A stretch of DNA of 11,951 nt from Geosiphon pyriformis uo1 (lineage: Eukaryota > Fungi > Glomeromycota), in the NCBI GenBank assembly GCA_016748015.1, contig JAAOMT010000738.1, positions 1-11,951 on the forward strand, given 5' to 3'. Numbering within the stretch: position 1 is the first letter of the stretch; each line of letters begins with the position of its first letter. The translations under genes were made by a program, and so were the position numbers. The notes below the pieces were generated by a model. That model did not search any database. It was given only the letters and a program-made list of their open reading frames with translations, and had not been told where the DNA came from. Below are positions 8,486 through 11,951 of the stretch, one piece after another.

Positions 8486-9346
8486 TGTTACAGATGATTA
8501 TTTCTGCTGTTTAAAGTAAATAACAAACCCATAACTTGGTGCTCAAAAGCTACTTCTGTGGATAAGGTTCTGCAAGTGTTGTATCTAAAGGTTTTGATGG
8601 AGTCCTTTGTATAATGAACAGAGATTCAATAGTGTCGATAATAGGTGTATCTTTCCCAATTTCTTTCTCAGCGTGGTGGCTGGATTTAGTCTGGCAGTTG
8701 TGCCCTTCTGGTAAGCTATCTGATAATATATAAAATTCTACCTTTATTTCTGGGTCTTTTACCAGGCTATCCTTGACATCAATAACTCAGTGCTTAATCT
8801 TTTAATCAATTAGTATACAACAACAAAAATCAAAAAGAAAGAAAATAAAATACAGAAAATAAAATAAAGAAAATAGAGAAAATAAGCCAAGGCAATTTGG
8901 TACGTTAGTATCTTGTTAATAGCCATGATCAAGAGCTATTGTTCCAGTGTGGTTAAGTGTCAATTACTATCAACATGAAGTGTTGATAGTGGAGAGTGAA
9001 TTGAGATATGAAATAATTATTTATTTAATAATTTTGTTTCTAGGCTAAGAATTCTGTGGTATTAATTCTGTCTTTTTCATTTTTAACACTACTGCTATAT
9101 ATACATATTTGAGATTTCTCAATTCCTCGATTTTTCACAGTGGGAATCCTGGAATTTCTGGAATTCTGCAATTCTTTTGAGAGGAATCCTGGAATTCTGG
9201 AATCCTGCAATTCCTTGTCAGGGAATCCTGAAATTCCTGAAATCCTGCAATTCCTGAGAAGAATCTTGGAATTCCACATTTACTATGCCTACTTCTGATT
9301 GGCTAATAATCATACTAATATATTTCCTATATTTCTATGAGTAACA
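8486..9346 (-). repeat. 3' LTR of element C (861 bp)
   Basis: TGTTAC...GTAACA termini; full-length match to 4757-5627; preceded by a PPT on the minus strand. Confidence 0.95.
9143..9275. repeat. GGAATCCT/GGAATTCCT tandem array in LTR C
   Basis: Homologous to 5424-5556. Confidence 0.85.
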
Positions 9347-9361
9347 TTATTCCCTTCTTTT
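9347..9361 (-). promoter_or_regulatory. Polypurine tract (AAAAGAAGGGAATAA)
   Basis: Purine run abutting the TGTTAC start of the 3' LTR on the minus strand. Confidence 0.85.
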
Positions 9362-9404
9362 AATATTGAGCTCCATCAAAATCCAACTCATTTAATTCCC
9401 CCTC

Positions 9405-10019
9405 TTAAAGTATTTTTTGGATTTTGTTTTCGAGAATTACTTGTGTTATTTGGGTTTGTAATTCTTCAAATTGAGCATTGGTGATCTTTCTCAATTGATT
9501 ACTGATAACCATATTCATTGCTTTATTGAGTAATATTTCTGGTCTATCCTAAAATGCTGTGTGTATTCAGTATATGACTCAGGCCTGTGTGAATAAGTTT
9601 TTCTTTCTCACAAAATGTTCTAATTGTTGTAATATTCTTTTGTCAAATAATTGCTTTGTTTTATCTGTATATAGATTCTGGATATTTACGTGTTGTTCCA
9701 AATAAAAATAACAATAGTTTCGTGAAAATTGTTGTATCCACCAATTCCAAGTTTCTTTAGTCAACTCTTGATATAGTGACTCTTTTGTCGACTCTCTTAT
9801 TGCTAAATTTACTTTTGCAATGATTTTGTCCACCATATTTTCAGTTTTCTTCTGTGTTCTGAGTTGCAATGTCTTTCTAGTATTTTGATATTGAATAGTT
9901 TATTGATTGATTGTAATCTCTATTTCCTGGTGTTGGATTAATTGAAAGAGTTGTTGTGCTAGTGAGTGAATGTTGTCTGTAATTTCTATTTTTCTGATAT
10001 TTCCTGTTGTGTCGATCAT
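9405..10019 (-). pseudogene. Extra ORF3 (~204 codons, unknown function) between integrase and PPT
   Basis: ATG at 10019-10017 to TAA at 9407-9405 in one frame, including ORF-track 9579..9869. It has four internal stops (TAA, TGA, TGA, TAG), each one transition from a sense codon. Confidence 0.6.
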
Positions 10020-10045
10020 GTTCTTATATATTCTTTTGTTGTTGA

Positions 10046-11428
10046 TTAATTTGACGTGTTGTTGTCAATGATAATGATTGGTTCCAGATTTCATGGAATC
10101 TCATCTGGTTGGACTAGTATTCTCTGTACTCCTAATTGTGGAATATTACTGGTAGATGATGATGCTATATGGTGGTATGGTTTCAGTCAATCTCCATATG
10201 CTGCTTTGGTTAAAATTTTGTTATCCAGTCTTAATTTGTAAGCTCCATTCCCTAGAATTTCTTCTATGTGAAATGGTTTATTCTATTTGGGGTCAAATTT
10301 TCCATTCCATTGTTTTTCCGCTTTGGTACAATGTAAGAGTACTTTGTCTTCAATCTTGAATTCAACTAGTTTATCTGATAGTTGGTTATCATGTCTTTTT
10401 TTTTGTTTCTCTTGTGACTTTTTTATGTTATCAGCTGCTCTTCGTCATTTGTTTTTTAATGTTTTTATTAAGTCATATGTTCTTTTTAACAATGTATTTT
10501 TGAAATTCTCTTCTGTTATTGGTTTGGTTAAGTATGTGCTGACTTCTATTTTCACTGATAGTGTTGCTGTTCTACCATATACTAATTCAAATGGTGTTGT
10601 TTGTGTAGTATCTTGCTTCATTGTTTGATAAGCAAATAGTACTGATGGTATCAACAAATCCCAATCGTTCTGGTTTTCTTGGCTAAGTTTAGCTATTGCT
10701 TTACACAATGTTTTGTTAAATCTTTCAACTAATCCATTAGTTTGTGGATGATATGGTGATGATAGTGGTCTCTTAATTCCGAATTTTTGGCTCAATTCTG
10801 TTAATGTTTTGTTTACAAAATGAGTTCTTTGGTCTGATAATAATTCTTTTGGACATCCATGTTGACAGATCAACTCCTGATGAATGAATTTGGCAATGGA
10901 TTTTGCATCCGCTTTTTGAATTGCTTTTGCCTCTGGCCATTTAGTAAGATAGTCCATGGCTACTGCTATGTATCTGTTTCCTCCATTGGTAATTGTTAAT
11001 GGTCTGACTAAATCAATTCCAATATGGTCAAATGATTGTCCTACTTTAATTGGCCTTAACAGTTCACTGGGTTTTGTATTTTCTCTTCACTGACAAACAT
11101 CACAATTTTGAACATATTGGATGATGTCTGGATACATTGATGGCCAATAGTATCTTTTTCTGGTTCTTTCTATGGTTGCTTCTTTGTGAAAATGTCCAGC
11201 TGTTGGATTTGAGTATATGTTGAATAATATTGTCTCTTTTTCCGGTTCTGTAACTACTCTGGTTGGCTGATCTGGATCCTTTCTATTTTTCTGATAAAGT
11301 ATATTTTGGTGAGTGATAAAATATTTTGATTGTTGTTTGATCTTTTTTTGTTCTATTTGAGATAAATTCTTCTTGAACTATTGAGTGTTTATATAATGTT
11401 GCAATTGTTGATATTTTTGTATGTTCAT
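10046..11428 (-). pseudogene. DDE integrase of element C (HHCC zinc domain, catalytic core, GPY/F module; no chromodomain seen)
   Basis: [H>Y]SNPTAGH...YYWPSM...CDVCQ; IGIDLV, MDYLTKWPEA, LLSDQ, SSPYHPQTNGLVERFN, TPFELVYGR; C-terminal K*NKPFHIEEILGNGAYKL...GD*LKPY; frame ends at TAA 10048-10046. Confidence 0.93.
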
Positions 11429-11488
11429 CTTTTGTTATTTTTCGTTGGTATTGTTCTGGTTTTGTTATATTTTTGGGTTGAAATGTTC

Positions 11489-11951
11489 TTAGATTTGTTT
11501 CATTTGCGACAAACCGTCAGTATTTCCGTTGTCTTTTCCTTTTTTGTAATGTATAGTATAATTGTATAGTGCAAATGCTATTTTCCATCTTAACTGTCTT
11601 CTATCTTCAAATTCTTGTTTTTGGAGTGATGTTAATCCCTTGTGATCTGTGTATACTTCAAACTTCTGGCTCAAGTATTCTCTCTATTTTATGACTGCCC
11701 AGTATATTGCTAAGTGTTCTTGTTCCAGTATTTCATAGTTCTTTTTGGCTGGCGTTAAACCTCTGCTGACATATGCTACTGGATGTTTTCTGCTGTCTGG
11801 TCTTCTTTGAGATAATACTGTTTCCAATGCTTGGCCAGATGCATCAGTGGTAATAATGAATGGTTTGCTGTGATCTGGATAAATCAGTACTGGAGCTTGA
11901 ATGAGCTTTCTTTTCAAAATGTCAAAAGCTTCTTGTTGACTTTCTGCTTAT
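11489..11951 (-). pseudogene. RT connection / RNase H of element C
   Basis: APVLIYPDHSKPFIITTDAS...VLSQ...HPVAYVSR...EQEHLAIYWA...FEVYTDH...RW...YTIHYKKGKDNGNTDGLS: canonical Ty3/Gypsy RNase H motifs. Confidence 0.93.

Larger units (their letters stand above)
8486..11951 (-). mobile_element. Ty3/Gypsy LTR retrotransposon, element C (3' half; same family as A), degenerate
   Basis: RNase H precedes integrase (Gypsy order), followed by an extra ORF, a PPT and an LTR matching LTR A. Confidence 0.93.

Noticed and set aside
4757-9346. Apparent intact LTR element (two direct LTRs flanking a gag)
   Set aside because: The PBS and PPT lie outside the pair, not inside, and the enclosed gag is antisense to the LTRs. 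These are the 5' LTR of A and the 3' LTR of C.
10046-10200. Possible chromodomain at the integrase C-terminus
   Set aside because: The tail after LKPY is short (~40 aa) and lacks the Y.V..I...YLVKW pattern.

Overview
This AT-rich, CpG-poor eukaryotic window is made entirely of nested Ty3/Gypsy (Metaviridae) LTR-retrotransposon sequence. The style resembles repeats I recall from Glomeromycotina fungi such as Geosiphon, but I cannot verify that here. An older plus-strand gag relic (element B, 5628-8485) is bounded or interrupted by three insertions. (A) Left: the 5' half of a minus-strand element, with an 871-bp LTR (4757-5627), a tRNA primer-binding site (PBS), and gag - protease - Cys-rich domain - dUTPase running off the window. 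(S) Middle: a 1420-bp TGTTACCA...TGGTAACA insertion, probably a solo LTR of another family. (C) Right: the 3' half of a second minus-strand copy of A's family, with RNase H - integrase - an extra ~204-codon ORF - polypurine tract (PPT) - 861-bp LTR. Together A and C outline one unusual family: PBS, gag, PR, Cys-rich domain, dUTPase, (RT, outside the window), RH, IN, ORF3, PPT. It also carries a long U5 hairpin that masks the PBS. All coding regions are pseudogenised, almost entirely by C>T/G>A transitions. No intact host gene, RNA gene or CRISPR array is supported.
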